A stretch of DNA of 64,000 nt, from NCBI GenBank assembly GCA_043228905.1, contig JBHGNT010000015.1, forward strand, positions 5,952,001 through 6,016,000, given 5' to 3'. This document shows, piece after piece, positions 21,331 to 34,800 of the stretch (positions are counted from its first letter, which is position 1; each line of letters starts with the position of its first letter). The stretch comes from Azolla caroliniana (taxonomy: Eukaryota; Plantae; Polypodiophyta). The position numbers and the translations under genes were made by a program. The notes under the pieces were generated by a model that ran no database searches, was not told the DNA's origin, and saw only the letters and a list, made by a program, of their open reading frames with translations.

Positions 21331-24300
21331 GTAACATCAGACGCTAAGAGCCCTGCGTGGCTGATACACTCTAAGGAGTGTTGTAACATTCTGTGTTGTA
21401 TATTCACTATACATAGTGAAGCTTTGTTCTCGTGCTTTTCTCCCGTTTTAGGGTTTCCACGTTAAATCTCTGTGCACCATTGTTGTCTTGTTTTCAGGCA
21501 TATCTGTGACTCATAATTCAGCACAGTTTGCTCATTGTGATTTGACCGAATGATTTCTCAACAAACTGGTATCATAGCTTGAGGTGCAAGCATGGAAGGA
21601 GGTGTGAGCGGCTTCCCAGGCATGATTGTTCTAAACTCATAGAACTATGCAGACTAGAAGATAAAGATGGAGGACCTTCTCATAGTCAAAGACCTGTATG
21701 AGCCAGTTGACAAAGCAGACATACCCAGGGGGGTATTGGAATAGGATTGGAAACTTCTTAACAGAAAGGCGGTGGCCACCATCTGACAATGCGTCGACGT
21801 AAGTGTCTTGCAACATGTAGCGAATGACACAAATGCACACAAGGTGTAGCAGAAGCTGTCAGGTCTATATGAGAGGAAGAACGCGCTCAATAGAACCTCA
21901 TTGATGAGAAAGATCGTACAACTGAAATACAGGGATGGTGAGAGCATCGTCGAACACATCAGTATTCATGGGGTATGTGAATCAACTTGTTGCAACCAAG
22001 TTTCCCCTAGATGATGTGATGCAGGCCATCCTGCTGATGTGCACACTGCCAGATAGATGGGAGAACCGTAAAGACAAGCATCCTAAATGAGGAGGCAAAG
22101 AGGAAGGAAAAGGGAGTCATGTCCCAATCGGAGTCGAATGTAACACAACATTCAGACAGAGGAAGGAACCGGCAAAGAAGTCCGCCAAGGAGAGAAAAGT
22201 CCCAAGCCAGATCGAAGTCCAGAGGTAAGCTAGTGTGCTTTTACTGTGGTAAACCTAGACACTTCTAGAAGGACTACCGACACATGAGAAAAGACAAGTG
22301 TGTTGAAAACATTGACGAAACTAGGAAGATTCCTAATGAGAAGAACACTTCAGCCATTGCTACGAGCAATGAAGAAATGTTGTTCATTTGCAAACAGACA
22401 AGTGCAAATCTTGCAACTGAAGAATGCACTTGGGTGATCGATTTCGGGGCATCGTTCCACATAACTCTGTCGAGAGAGTATTTCTCGACTTGCATAGTCG
22501 GGGATCATGGCTATGTAAAGATGGGTGACAATGGAGAGTGCAAGGTAACTGGAGTCAAAAGTGTCTGCTTGACGACGTCGACAAGGTGTCGACTGACATT
22601 GAAGGATGTTTGACACATCCCCGATATCAGATTAAATCTGATATCGACTAGAAGGCTTGACGACGAAGGCTATAGTGGTAGCTTTCGGAATGGCAAGTGG
22701 AAGTTCTGCCGAGGAAATCTTATAGTGGCCCGAGCATAGAAAGAAGGCACATTGTACATGATGCATGCCCAACTGTGCAAATCGGAAGTGAATGTGGCAG
22801 CCGACTCGGCAGGGGAGATATGGCATAAGAGGCTAGGCCACATTAGTGAGAAGGGAATGCACTTGTTAGCTGACCAGAAACTTCTACCAGAAGTCAAGGG
22901 CATGCAGTTGGAGAAGTGCGTCGACTGCTTAGCTGGAAAGCAGAATAGGGCGGCATTCCACGCAAGACCACCAAGAAGAAGAGAAGCTACACTGGAACTT
23001 GTACACACGGATGTGTGCTATGTAGATGCTCCATCGCATCGAGGTGGACATTACTTTGTGACGTTCATTGATGAATATGGCCGGAAGACATGGGCCTTCG
23101 TATTGAAGTCGAAGGATCAAGTACTGTCGGTTTTCAAGGAGTTCCATGCTAGAGCTGAACGAGAGTCGGGTCGAAAGTTGAAGATTTTCTGAACCAACAA
23201 CGGTGGTGAATATAGAGGGCAGTTTGAGGAGTATTGCAAGTGCCAAGGTATTCGGATCGAATACACAGTGTCAAAGACCCCAGAGTTGAACAGGCTTGCA
23301 GAGAGGATGAATCGAACGATCATGGAGAGAGTAAGGAGCATGCTCTCTCATGTGAAACTGCCAAAATCCTATTGCGTTGAGGCGATGTACACAACTGTTT
23401 ATCTTATCAACAGGTCTCCCTCAGTACCATTAAAGGGTGATGTTCCACAGAGAGTGTGGACAAGGAAGGATGTCTCCTACCAACACCTAAGGGTGTTCGG
23501 ATGTTTGGGGTATATGCATGTACCGAAGGATCAGAGGTCAAAGCTCGACAATAAGTCGAAAGCGTGCATATTCATGGGATACTCAGAAGATGAGTTCGGC
23601 TATAGGCTATGGGACCTAATCGACAAGAAGGTAGTGAGAAGTCGGGATGTAGTCTTTCTTGAAGATAAGATGATCGAAGAGTGGAAGCAACAGAAGTCCG
23701 ATACGACTCCCTAGTCAACCCCAACTATCGTCGATCCAAGGTCAAGAGAACCGACAACGTCCGCTATTCGGAGACAATCAGTTGGCACAACTGAATACGA
23801 GTCGATCGACTTGGAGAGACCAATTGACTATGAGTCAGAGTCGGTAGAGTTGCTAAGGTCAATTGAAGAGTATGAGCTGGAATCGTCCAACCTGGAGATG
23901 TTGATTGACGTGTAGGAACCCGAGCGAACAGAAGAGTTGGCAGAGACATCCAAAAGAGAGCCAACAATGAGTGGAAGGAGATACCCACTCAGAGAAAGGA
24001 AAGCACCGACAACATATGCCAGTCAATACATCCTTTTGGTTGATGAAGGTGAACCGGAGTGCTATGAAGAAGCCATTGCCGACGATCACAGAGAGAAATG
24101 GCTGAGCGTGATGCAAGATGAGATGGAATCCTTGCATGACAATTACACCTACAACCTTGTAGAGCTGCCAAAAGGTAAGAGACCACTCAGGAATAAGTGG
24201 GTCTACAAGGTGAAGACTGGAGAAGTCGACAATGAGCCCAGGTATAAAGCCGGCATACTGGTGAAGGGCTTTCAACAGAAAAAGGGTGTCGACTTTGATG

Positions 24301-26039
24301 AAATATTCGTACCAATCGTTAAGATGACATCCATTCGAACTGTTCTGAGCATCGCCACCAGCATGGACCTGGAGATCGAACAGTTGGATGTTAAAACCGT
24401 ATTTCTGCACGGGGAGCTAGAAGAAGAAATCTATATGCAGCAACCCAAAGGCTTTGAGGAGAAATGGAAAGAGAATCTGGTGTGTCGACTAAAGAAAAGC
24501 TTGTACAGTCTGAAACAAGCTCCACGCCAATGGTACAAGAAGTTTGAGTTCTTCATGATGGAACATCGGTTCCAGAAAACACAGGCCGATCACTGTGTGT
24601 TCGTAAAAAGGTACGAAGAAGGAGACTTTTTTATTCTCTTGTTATATGTTGATGACATGTTGATAGTCGATCAAGATATAAGGAATATAGGAAGCTTGAA
24701 GAAAGCTCTCGGCAAATCGTTTGCCATGAAAGACCTTGGACCGGCTAAACAAATCTTGAGAATGCACATAGTTCGAGATAGAACTCAAAAGGTGTTATGG
24801 TTGTCACAATAGAAGTACGTGACAAAAATCCTAGAAAGGTTCAACATGTCAGACGCAAAGCCGGTCGGCTCGGTGGGAGCAGTAAGCCGATATATGAGTA
24901 ATCCAGGAAGAGAACACTAGGCAGCGGTGAAGTGGATACTCAGGTACTTAAAAGGCACCTTAGGGGTGTGCCTAAGGTATGGGGTCGGAAAACCTATGCT
25001 GGAAGGTTTACTAACTCGGACATGTCGGGAGATGTCGACTCGAGCTGATCCACATTAGGGTATGTGATGACCTATGCAAGGGGAGCAATGTCGTGGCAGT
25101 CACGACTGCAGAAGTCTGTAGCTTTGTCGACTATAGAGGCAGAGTATATGGCAGTGGTAGAGGCCGACAAAGAGCTGATCTGGATGAGAAGCTTTCTCAA
25201 CGAATTAGGGATGAAGAAAAAGGAGTTCTTGCTTCATTGTGATAGCCAAAGCGCCATACACCTTGCCAAGAATGTTGCATACCACTCCCGGACCAAGCAC
25301 ATACAAAGAAGGTATCACTGGTTGCGGGAGAGAGTCGAAGAAGGAGAGTTTTCTCTTGTGAAGATCCATACCGACGACAATGGATCTGACATGCTTACGA
25401 AGAACCTACCTATGTACAGACTTAGAGTCTATTGACAAAAGACAGGACTAACTGACTTCCTCCCACAGGAGTGAAGGGGGAGTTTGTTGGGAAAATGTCC
25501 CTCTAGTGGGAGGAGAATCAGACTATCCAGAAGTTGCTGACAGTCGACGACTAAGGGAAGATCCGACTGTTCGGAAAGCCGATAGTCGAAGAGTCAAAAA
25601 CAGTGAGTCGACTGTTTAATAGTTCAACTATTATTATTATAGCTATAATAGTAATGATATGCAGCAATGGCTATAATTGTAAATAGCCCATAGAATGTAT
25701 TAGAACAAATACTTTTAGGGCAAATGTGAATAGTGTGCATAGAACAGAAGTAGCGTGTGAACGTGTGAGATAGAGAGTGAGTGAGAGCGGCGCCATAGTT
25801 GTGTGTGTAACAACAGACGCTAAGAGCTCTACATGGTTGATACACTCTAAGGAGTGTTGTAACATTCTGTGTTGTATATCCACTATACATAGTGAAGCTC
25901 TGTTCCCGTGGTTTTCTCCCGTTTTAGTGTTTCCACGTTAAATCTCTGTGCACCATTGTTATCCTGTTTTCAGACATATCTGTAATTCGTATTTCAGCAT
26001 AGTTCACTCATTGTGATTTGACCGAACGATTTCTCAACA
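21331..26039 (+). mobile_element. Ty1/Copia element D (Tnt1/Tork-like), decayed; 5' LTR truncated
   Basis: Partial 5' LTR 21331-21563 matches the end of 3' LTR 25485-26039; iMet-type PBS TGGTATCATAGC; PPT GAAGGGGGAG; gag-PR-INT-RT(YVDD)-RNase H order. Confidence 0.93.
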
Positions 26040-27879
26040 GAAGATACCAAAAGAGATCTCTCTGATGGCTGCAACTACCAAATTTTGCGAAATTGGCCGA
26101 TTCTTCTTCATTGTCGGCAAAATTTGGCGAATTCCTTCGATCTGAACTCTTACCCATTATCAGTCCAAAGACATTTTAGTTTTTGACCTAACTGATTTTC
26201 GACCATGGCGAGCCATTCAGAAAAGATCGAGAATGCTCGATCTTTAGTTGTGGCCGAATAGGCCCACACCTTTTGAGTTGAATCATCGATGAAGCTGAAG
26301 AAATACAAGGCACCACCAAGTGACTGATGTGGCATCAGGCCACAGACGTTCGAATGGACCAAGTCAGGAGGGCTCGACACTCATGGTGTTGCCGTCAGGT
26401 GTGAGGGTGCGGTTTGTTTGCCGTATTGCCAATGCTCACAAAACTGATGGTCAGAGAAGGCGAGTTTGGGGATATATCTGGCTCTGGATAAATAAGTGAT
26501 GTCAGCCTTGCTGAGGTGTTTGAGCTGTCTGTGCCATAGCGACGACACAAGGATGTCTACCAGAAATAGGTCACCTTCTCTGAGTGTGACATACAGTGGG
26601 TACAATGAATACACCTTCGGACCTCGAGCAAGGAGGATGCTCCCCTTGTGGAGTGTCCACCCTCCCAATGAGAAGCTCGCACGGATGTCGTCTTCGTCAA
26701 GTTTTCTGACCGAAATCACCGGTCTTGATATCTCAGGTACATGTCGAACATTATGTAGTACTAATGTAGAGCCACCTAGAAGGTTGAGCTCTATAGTGCC
26801 GATTCCCACTATCATGTAGTGATGCAAATTTGTGACTCAGACTGAATCATAATTCCGGTCCGAATATTGCCAAAATTGGGATTGATGAGGCGTCACATGG
26901 TAGGATGCACCCGAATCCAAGAGCCATGTGATCGATTCCTCCGTCATAAGCAGAACTTCTTATTCAATTGAGTGTTCTATGAATAGAATGTTTGCGTCAT
27001 CAATACTTCGACTGAAGAGTCGATGTAGTTGACCTCTTCATGCCAGCTACCGTTCTGATCAACTCACTGAGTTTTATCATTCTTGGCTTTGAGGACAGGG
27101 AAATCAATTTTGATATGTTCAGGTTTCTTGCAATAATTGTAGGTTCGATTATCCCAGGACTTGCTTCGGCTTCACGTATTAGTCGGTGGTCGGGAAGAGC
27201 TTCTTCCTTGACAATTCGGTTGGATCCACTAAACCTTGTACTACGTAGGCGTCGTTGGTTGAATCATTTACAAACGATTTCCTCCGAGCTGCTTCAGTCA
27301 AGATCGAGCTTGTGACTTTGGCGTACCTTATTGCAGTAGTCAATGCATTGCATACAGTTGTGATGAAAGTTTCCCATGAAGGGGGGAGACTACTCATTAG
27401 CAACACCGCTTTTAATTCGTCTTCCATTGTCATCCCTTGCATCAAAATTTGAGAGCTTAGGCTTTTGTACTCGTTGATGTGTGCCTCGACTGAGTCAGAT
27501 TCTTTCATCTGAAGGTTGTAGAGGCACTGGATCAGGTACATCTTTGTTGCGGTGACCTTCTTTTAGCAAGTGTCTGAAATTGTCTTCAATAGATGGAAGG
27601 CAGTTGAACATGATTGCACTATAAAGTACACTAACACCAACGAGTGCATCCAAATGGTGGCCTAGACAATTCAATCTAACTTTGTCCACTCATTCAGCTT
27701 GTATTCTTTTGGATGATTTTCGAATTTGATCGAATCTATCTGACCTTTGACGATAAGATAGTCTTGCATTTGTTCCTTCTAGAAGTTGAAGTTCGACCCA
27801 TCAAACTTCCATAGGCTCATTCTGGATGAGCCAAATGTTAACGCCATTCTATGTTGGTTGGGAAGGCTCTATCTGGAGT
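26040..27879 (-). mobile_element. Ty1/Copia element G: gag-protease-integrase remnant
   Basis: LLMSSLPPSWE gag, WLLDSGASYH protease (~26900), LVHSNVCG..FIDD integrase; continues beyond insertion F at 40901. Confidence 0.85.
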
Positions 27880-30800
27880 TATTGAGCGGCAAGCTCAACT
27901 GGAGCCGGATTGGCTGAATAAGCCTGAACCGGCAAGCAACAGAACCGGTGAGTTGGGGAGCCGGTTAGCCGGATCCAATCGGTAACCGGAAGCCTAGTAT
28001 TAGTTTAGACTACTAGGCAATTATAGTCTCGTAGTAAGTGTCAGAAGCTCGTGTGAGCATTGAAGTACGCGGTACTTCTGTCAGTCCCATGAGGACTTGT
28101 ATAAATAGTGCTACTGAGCACAATTGTAAGAGACAAAGTGATTATATCATTTTGAATATAGTTTTTATGTTGTGCTCTCTCTGTCTCTCCCGTGTACTCT
28201 GTGTATTCTGTACTTTCTCTGTTTTCTAACGCTTCCGCAAGTAATCGTTTACATGGTATCAGAGCGCGAGGGTTGAGAACCTCCTTTGCAGCCGACAAAC
28301 GCTTGAAAGCAAACCCTAACAGGTCGTAAAACAGTAGACAGAGAAGTGATGGATAGAGGGATGGCTAGCTCGCTCCCTGTGGAGAAACTCGACAGATCCA
28401 ACTATGCATCTTGGTCGTATAAGATGCACCAGTACTTGCCTGGTCATGGCTACTGGAGTTTCATCGAAGGAGCCAACGAAACAGCACCTGATGCAGCATA
28501 TAAGGACTTCCTAGTGGGGGAACAATCGGCAAGCAAAGTGATGTACTGCTTCGTGTCCAGTGTCGGAGACTAGCTATTGAGCCACATCCGAGATGCCAAG
28601 ATGCCAAAGGAGGCTTGGGGGAACCTAAAGAAGCTGCAACTCCGACAGGAGTTGAGCAATGTCCGACAGAAGGACATGTCGGTGGCGGATTACACAGCCC
28701 GGATCAAAGAGATCTGTGACTCGCTTGCCTCTATCAACGTTACCATAGAGGAAGACGAGATGGTACAGGTCTATCTTGGGGGCCTGGCGTCGAAGTTCAG
28801 AGCGTTCCGAACGGCGGTGTGTACAAGGGAGAATACGCCGTCATTTTTCAACTTACAATCGATGCTCCTTGTAGAGGAGAACCACGCCAGTGCGTCAACT
28901 AGCGCACCCACTAACAGCCGGATGTTGTACACGGAGGTAGTTCGGTCCCGTGGGTGTGGTGGACAAGGTGGGTCGGCACACAATGGATGTGGCTGGCAAG
29001 AGCAAGAACGAAGGCACAAAGAACGTGCCGACAACAGTTCTGGGACTTCCACAAGCAAGGGGAGTCATGGCGACACCGGAAGAAAGCAAGAGAAGTCTGC
29101 AACGGAATGTTGGTACTGTGGCAAAAAGGGCCACAGAGAAAGTGAGTGCTGGAGAAAACGCGCCGATACGGACAAATCTAGATCCAGCAAGGCTGGCAAG
29201 GATGGCCGGCAAAGCTCGCACTACGCGAAGGGATCGGGAGGATCCAAGAACGGTAACCGGCCAGCCTTGGTGATGAAGCACAAGGCGAACTCAATGAAGA
29301 AGACCACTTCCAAATTGGAGGAAGTGTTGTATGTTGACTCTGCTGCATCGAACCACATGAAGAGCCACAAAGAGTGGTTCTCCTTTTTGGAAAAACCGGA
29401 TCAACCAGGAGTAGTCGAAACCGGAGACGACACTCCTCACCCAATCGTGCACGTCGGAGAAGTCCCTTTGAGCCACGTCGGTCAGAAGGGGAATTTGATG
29501 AACGTATTACACGTTCTGACAATCATGAAGAACCTGGTGTCGGTCGGACAGATCATCGACCAGGGGATGCAGGTGCGGTTTACGCACCTTGGGTGCTTCA
29601 TCGAGGAAGAGGGCCAGATTATTGCGCAAGGGCGCAGAGATGGGAGGATGTTTATCCTCGACACCAATGACGTTGGCACCGCTCTGTTTGCAAAAGGACA
29701 GAAGGTCGAATTGGACATCGACCTATGGCACAAGTGGATAGGCCACGTCAATTACCGGAGGCTTCAAGACCTGCAAACGAAACAAGTTGTTTTTGGTTTG
29801 CCGAAGTTCGGCGGCCAGAAGGCCCAAGTATGTGAAGCCTGCCAACTTGGGAAGCAACACCGACTTCCATTCCCTACCGAACGTAACCGAAGTCGTAACA
29901 AGCTCGACCTAATCCATTCGGATATGTGGGGACCGGCACAGAATGTTAGTCTTGGCGGGAGTCGATATTTCGTCTCCTTCATTGACGACTATATGCGGCA
30001 CACATGGATCTACCTCATTGAGCGGAAGAGTGAATTCTTCGAGTGTTTCCAGAGTCTCCAAAGCATGGTGGAACGTAGAGAGGAAGATTAAATGCCTGCG
30101 GTCAGATGGCGGGAAAGAATACTTTTCCGGCCAATTCAACAGTTATCTACAGCAAACGGGAATTCGGTGAGAGTTCAGTTGTAGATACACACCGCAATAG
30201 AACGGTGTTGCCGAGAGGCAGAACCGGTTGCTTACCAATGCGGCAAGGGCAATGCTGGAGGAGAAGAGCATGCCCAAATTCTACTGGGCGGAGGCAGTCC
30301 GAACGGCTGTCTACATCCAAAACCGGATCAATGACAAGGTGTCAGCTCACGAGCTGTATTTCGGGTGGAAGCCAAATTTGAGACACCTTAAGATCTTCGG
30401 TAGCATTGCATATGTGCATGTACCGGATGAGAAGTGGAGGAAGCTGGATGCAAAATCGGAAAAATGCATCCTAGTCGGCTATGCTCAAGAGCAAAAGGGT
30501 TATAAGTGTTATAACCCCCAGACAAGGCAGGTCCGAGTTAGTCGAGATGTCAAGTTTGATGAATCGGCATCGTGGTACTCCTTACCGACTCCGACTTCCG
30601 ATTTTGACCCGATGCCGGAGGATGAGGCTCGTGAGCCTGAACCGGCCTAGGTAGAGGATGATGAAGCGTGGACTCAGGATGAGAGTCCGGAATCGTTTCG
30701 GTTGAACGGGTTGAACGAGAGACTGAGTCAATCTGACCAGTTTGATGAGGAACCGGCGAATAGTGGAGACTCTACCATGCACTCCCGCGCAAGGAACCGA

Positions 30801-31614
30801 CGAAACGGTTCACCCGCAAAGAGAAGGGAAAGAAGAAGATGCCGGAATTCGAAACCGGCAATGAGGAGTCGGATCAGTGTGCATCCAACTCCGGCAAGGA
30901 GAAAGGCGGATCTTCGGCAACGAAAACCGAACCGGCCAAGAAGGGCCTCAAACCGGGTAACGGTGAGTTACGTTGTTCCACCCGTCAAGCGGTATGGGTA
31001 CAATGAGTACATGGCGCATCACTATGCGTACATGACTAAGGTGGCGGAAGTGCGTGAGCCGGAGAGCTACGCTGTCGTGCCTTTCGGCTCCGGATCGTTG
31101 CGTGAGTCGGGTGGGAACCACAGAGGTCTTGGACTAGGAGAAAAGAAGTTCGTGAGATAGAGAGTAATTATGAGTAAATAGCAAAGAGAAAGATAAGAAA
31201 CTCGTGAATCACACTAGTATACTATATTAATTGGTACTTAGGGTGTTAAGAGAGAAGTAGATGTATAAATCGTGAATCCCACGAATAATTTTTGTATTAA
31301 TTAATCCTTAATCCCAATAATCAACAACCCTTTACATATTTCTCTCCTTCTTATATAAGGAAAGAAGAGCTAAGCATGGCTTCATGCTTTTTTTTTTTTT
31401 TTTTACAAAAAGTGTTCATGTCCACTAAAATGTGCATGTGATGCTTTTTTATTTCCTAAGTATAGGGCTCATGCACGCTAGATGTGCATGAGTTATTTTT
31501 AGTGTCTCGCGTTTTTCTTTTTCATATATTAAAAAAATACACGATTTACCTTTTAATAAAGGTATGCATAAATAAAGGTCTTATACTTATTAAATCTATA
31601 TTTAAAACACTTAA

Positions 31615-31711
31615 GATAAGTTAATGTAATGGTAAGGTTGGGGTTTGTCAACGTGGAGGTGCAGGGTTCGAATCACGCCCTGCGCAGTAGTGAGTATTTC
31701 TTTCTTTTTTT
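31615..31711 (+). ncRNA. tRNA-like Pol III module in family A LTR, antisense to the element (present in all four A LTRs)
   Basis: A-box-like TAATGTAATGG 31622-31632, B-box GGTTCGAATC 31665-31674 at tRNA spacing, T7 run ending 31711; stems do not pair as a tRNA. Confidence 0.55.
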
Positions 31712-31880
31712 CTTACATTTATGTCTCTTTATCCGGCTCTTCCTTGCCGGTATGCCGTTTTCCTCCTTGCCGGTATGCCGTTTTTCCTCCTTGCCGGTAT
31801 GCCGTTTTCTTCCGGTTCTCACCGAGCACTCCATTCTTTATCCGGAGGGACAAAAATATAATTTCCACATAGTGTGCAAC

Positions 31881-34800
31881 CTACACTACGACACTCGCCC
31901 CCTCCAAACCCGCACATCCTCCGGTATGTGCCGAAGTTCTTGATTCCTCGTATCCGTCTTCATCCGAAGCTTCCTCCGATTCTTCCCTTATGTCGACTAT
32001 GAGTTGTAATCCACTTTCTTCGCTTCCCGCATCATTGTGGTCTTCGTCCGATTGCTCCTCGTTGTCGGCCTCGACTTGGATCACATAAGGTTTGTCGTCG
32101 GTCCGCTTCTTGAAAATCTTCACCCGCTTCCCGGCTATAGGCACTCGTAGTATTGTTCCATCCAACTCGGACAGTCGGTACGTCCCGTTGTCGAAGACCT
32201 TCCGAACCTCGTACGGCCCGAACCACCTTTTCGCGAATTTCCGCATCGTTGTATGTTGATGGTCCAAGCTACTATCATAGACGATCACCCAATCTCCTTC
32301 TTCAATCCTCCTCGGTCGTAGTCGGTGCTTTGTGTCGAACCGGCTTTTGTTCCGGAACCGTGCTTCTTGTTGTCGGCGTGACGCTTCCGCTACATCTTTC
32401 GGTCTTCCCTCCAGTTGTCGTATCCGGACTGCTAGTAGTTCTTCCCGGCTCATCTCTTCCTTCCACGGTAGTATTGTCCATGTCGCGATTGCGGTTTCCG
32501 TTGGCATTACCGGTGCTTGTCCGGTCATGAGTTCTGCCGGCATATAACCGGTCACGGAGCTATGCGTCGTCCGATCCGCCCATAGTGCATACGGAAGCAT
32601 TTGTGGCCAATCCTTCACCCTTCCGTCGCATGCCTTCGCAAGTGCTTTCACGATCGGACTATGTCCTCGTTCGATCTTCCCGTTGGCCTCCGGATTGTAG
32701 GCCGTTGTCAACGTTAACCGAACTCCATGTTTGGCGAAGAATCCCCTAGCTTTGTCCGAGTCGAGTTCTCCCCAGTCCGCAATCACTTGTCCTACGCAGC
32801 CGTACCTACAAAACACTTCTTCCAAAAGAAATTGGCACACCGCGGCACACGTTTTCCTCCGAAGCGCTCGACCTTCAACTTGGTTTGTGAGATCTTCTCG
32901 AGCTAACACCAAGTATTTCTTTTGTCCAATCCCGGTCGGCATAGCTACAATGTCGACCATCCACTTGAAGTTGATTGTCGGTGAGAATGTCGGATGCAGC
33001 TCATCTCGGTGTCGGACCCCGGAGTAGACTTGACATTTCTCGCAGCTTTCTGTGAACTCCGCGACATCTTTATACATGTTCTTCCACCAATACCTTTGCT
33101 TGATTTTCACAAAAGTTGCCCATGTTCCTCGATGTCCAGCCCAATCGGATTCGTGGAACTCGGACATTATCCGGTTTCGTTGCTCTTTCGTCCCGACTAC
33201 TCGAAGTGGTATCCCATCCGGTCTTTTCGGCATCCTCCATATTAAACCGTTTTCCAAGAAGAACTTTTGGACTTGCCTCTTCTTCCTTCGGATCTCGGCT
33301 CTCCTTCCTTTATCATTGGTTGAATCCTCGACCTCTTGTAGCATCTTCCCGATCATCAAGGTTTCCCCCTCGTATTCTTCTTCCCGGAATTCTCGGATCA
33401 CGTTCACTCGGCATATGTGTTCTGACGTGAAGTAGTCTTCGGAAACTTCTTCATTATCTGATTCGGTTATGTCATCTTCAAACCGCGCCCTCGATAACAT
33501 GTCCGCTACCGCGTTGTCCTTCCCCGAGATGTGTCGAACCTCCGGATTAAGTGACTTGACATATGCAATCCACCTTAGCATAGCCACATCCGGTATCGTA
33601 CAACACCGCATCATCCCGAGTATCGGAAGACAATCCGTCTCGATCACCACTTCAGCTCCGATCAAATAATCCCGATCCGATTTTATCGCCGACACGACTC
33701 CCCACAATTCTCTTTTGACTTGTGCATATCCGCGTTGCCTTTCGTTGAGGACCTTTGCTCCAAATCGGATCGGATACCGCGAACCATCCGAGTCGGCTTG
33801 ATTGATGACCCACCCGATACCGGTTGGACTTGTATCAACCGTTACTATGATTGGCCGCTCGTAGCTTGGCTTCTTAAGTGATTCCGCCCTCCATAGTGTC
33901 TTCTTGAGCTTCCTCATGGCTTTAGTGTGTTCCGGTTTCCACTCGAATTTCTTACCTTTCCGCAACAAGTGATAGAGCGGGTCCGCTATATGTGCATAGT
34001 GCGGAATCCATATGTGATAGAATGCACACGCACCCAGAAACCTTCGGACTTCCGATGTTGACTCACATACTTCCTTCATAGCTTGAATCGCATCGATCTT
34101 TGTTGGTGACGGTCTTCGGCCGTAGGGTCCACATAGATGTCCGACCACCAATATTTCTTCTTGCCCGAATGCCGATTTCTCCCCGGAAAGTGTTAGGTGC
34201 ACATCTTCTAGCTTTCGCAACACTTTCTCGCAATCATGAATATGGTCGACCACGAACTTTCGGCATCCCCAATCATCCATAGTCTCATCTTTTTCTTCCA
34301 CCGCGCATCCTTTCATCGGAATGTCATCTAGAAACGGCATCGTTATCTCCGGGATGCAATCTCGAAGCACCTTGTTCATCGCGTTCATCATATGAGCAAC
34401 CGAGTTTGTCGCTCCTTGTGGTAGTGTGCACATTCGAACTAGTCCTATCGGTGTCCGCATGGTAGTGATGTCTCGGCTCTCCACGGCTAGTTGGAATTGG
34501 TCATACCCCGAGTATAGGTCCCCGATGGAGTATATCGCACGTCCGGCAAAAGCTTCCGCAAATTCGTCCACTATCGGACCGACTCCCGAGTTCCGGATCG
34601 TGACCTTATTCACCGGTTGCAAGTCTTGGATAAATCGGAGTGACCCATTCTTCTTCGGAACCGTAAACCATCGATTTGAGTACGGAGCACTTGATGGCTC
34701 TAGAATCCCCATCGCCACCTTCTCCTTGAGCAAGTCGATGACTTTCGGAATATGCGCCCGTGGCACCGGAATCGGCTTCAGATTCCACGGTACATGGTCA

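Noticed and set aside
31615-31690. Functional tRNA-Asp gene
   Set aside because: Acceptor, D and anticodon stems do not pair; only the promoter-box register is retained.
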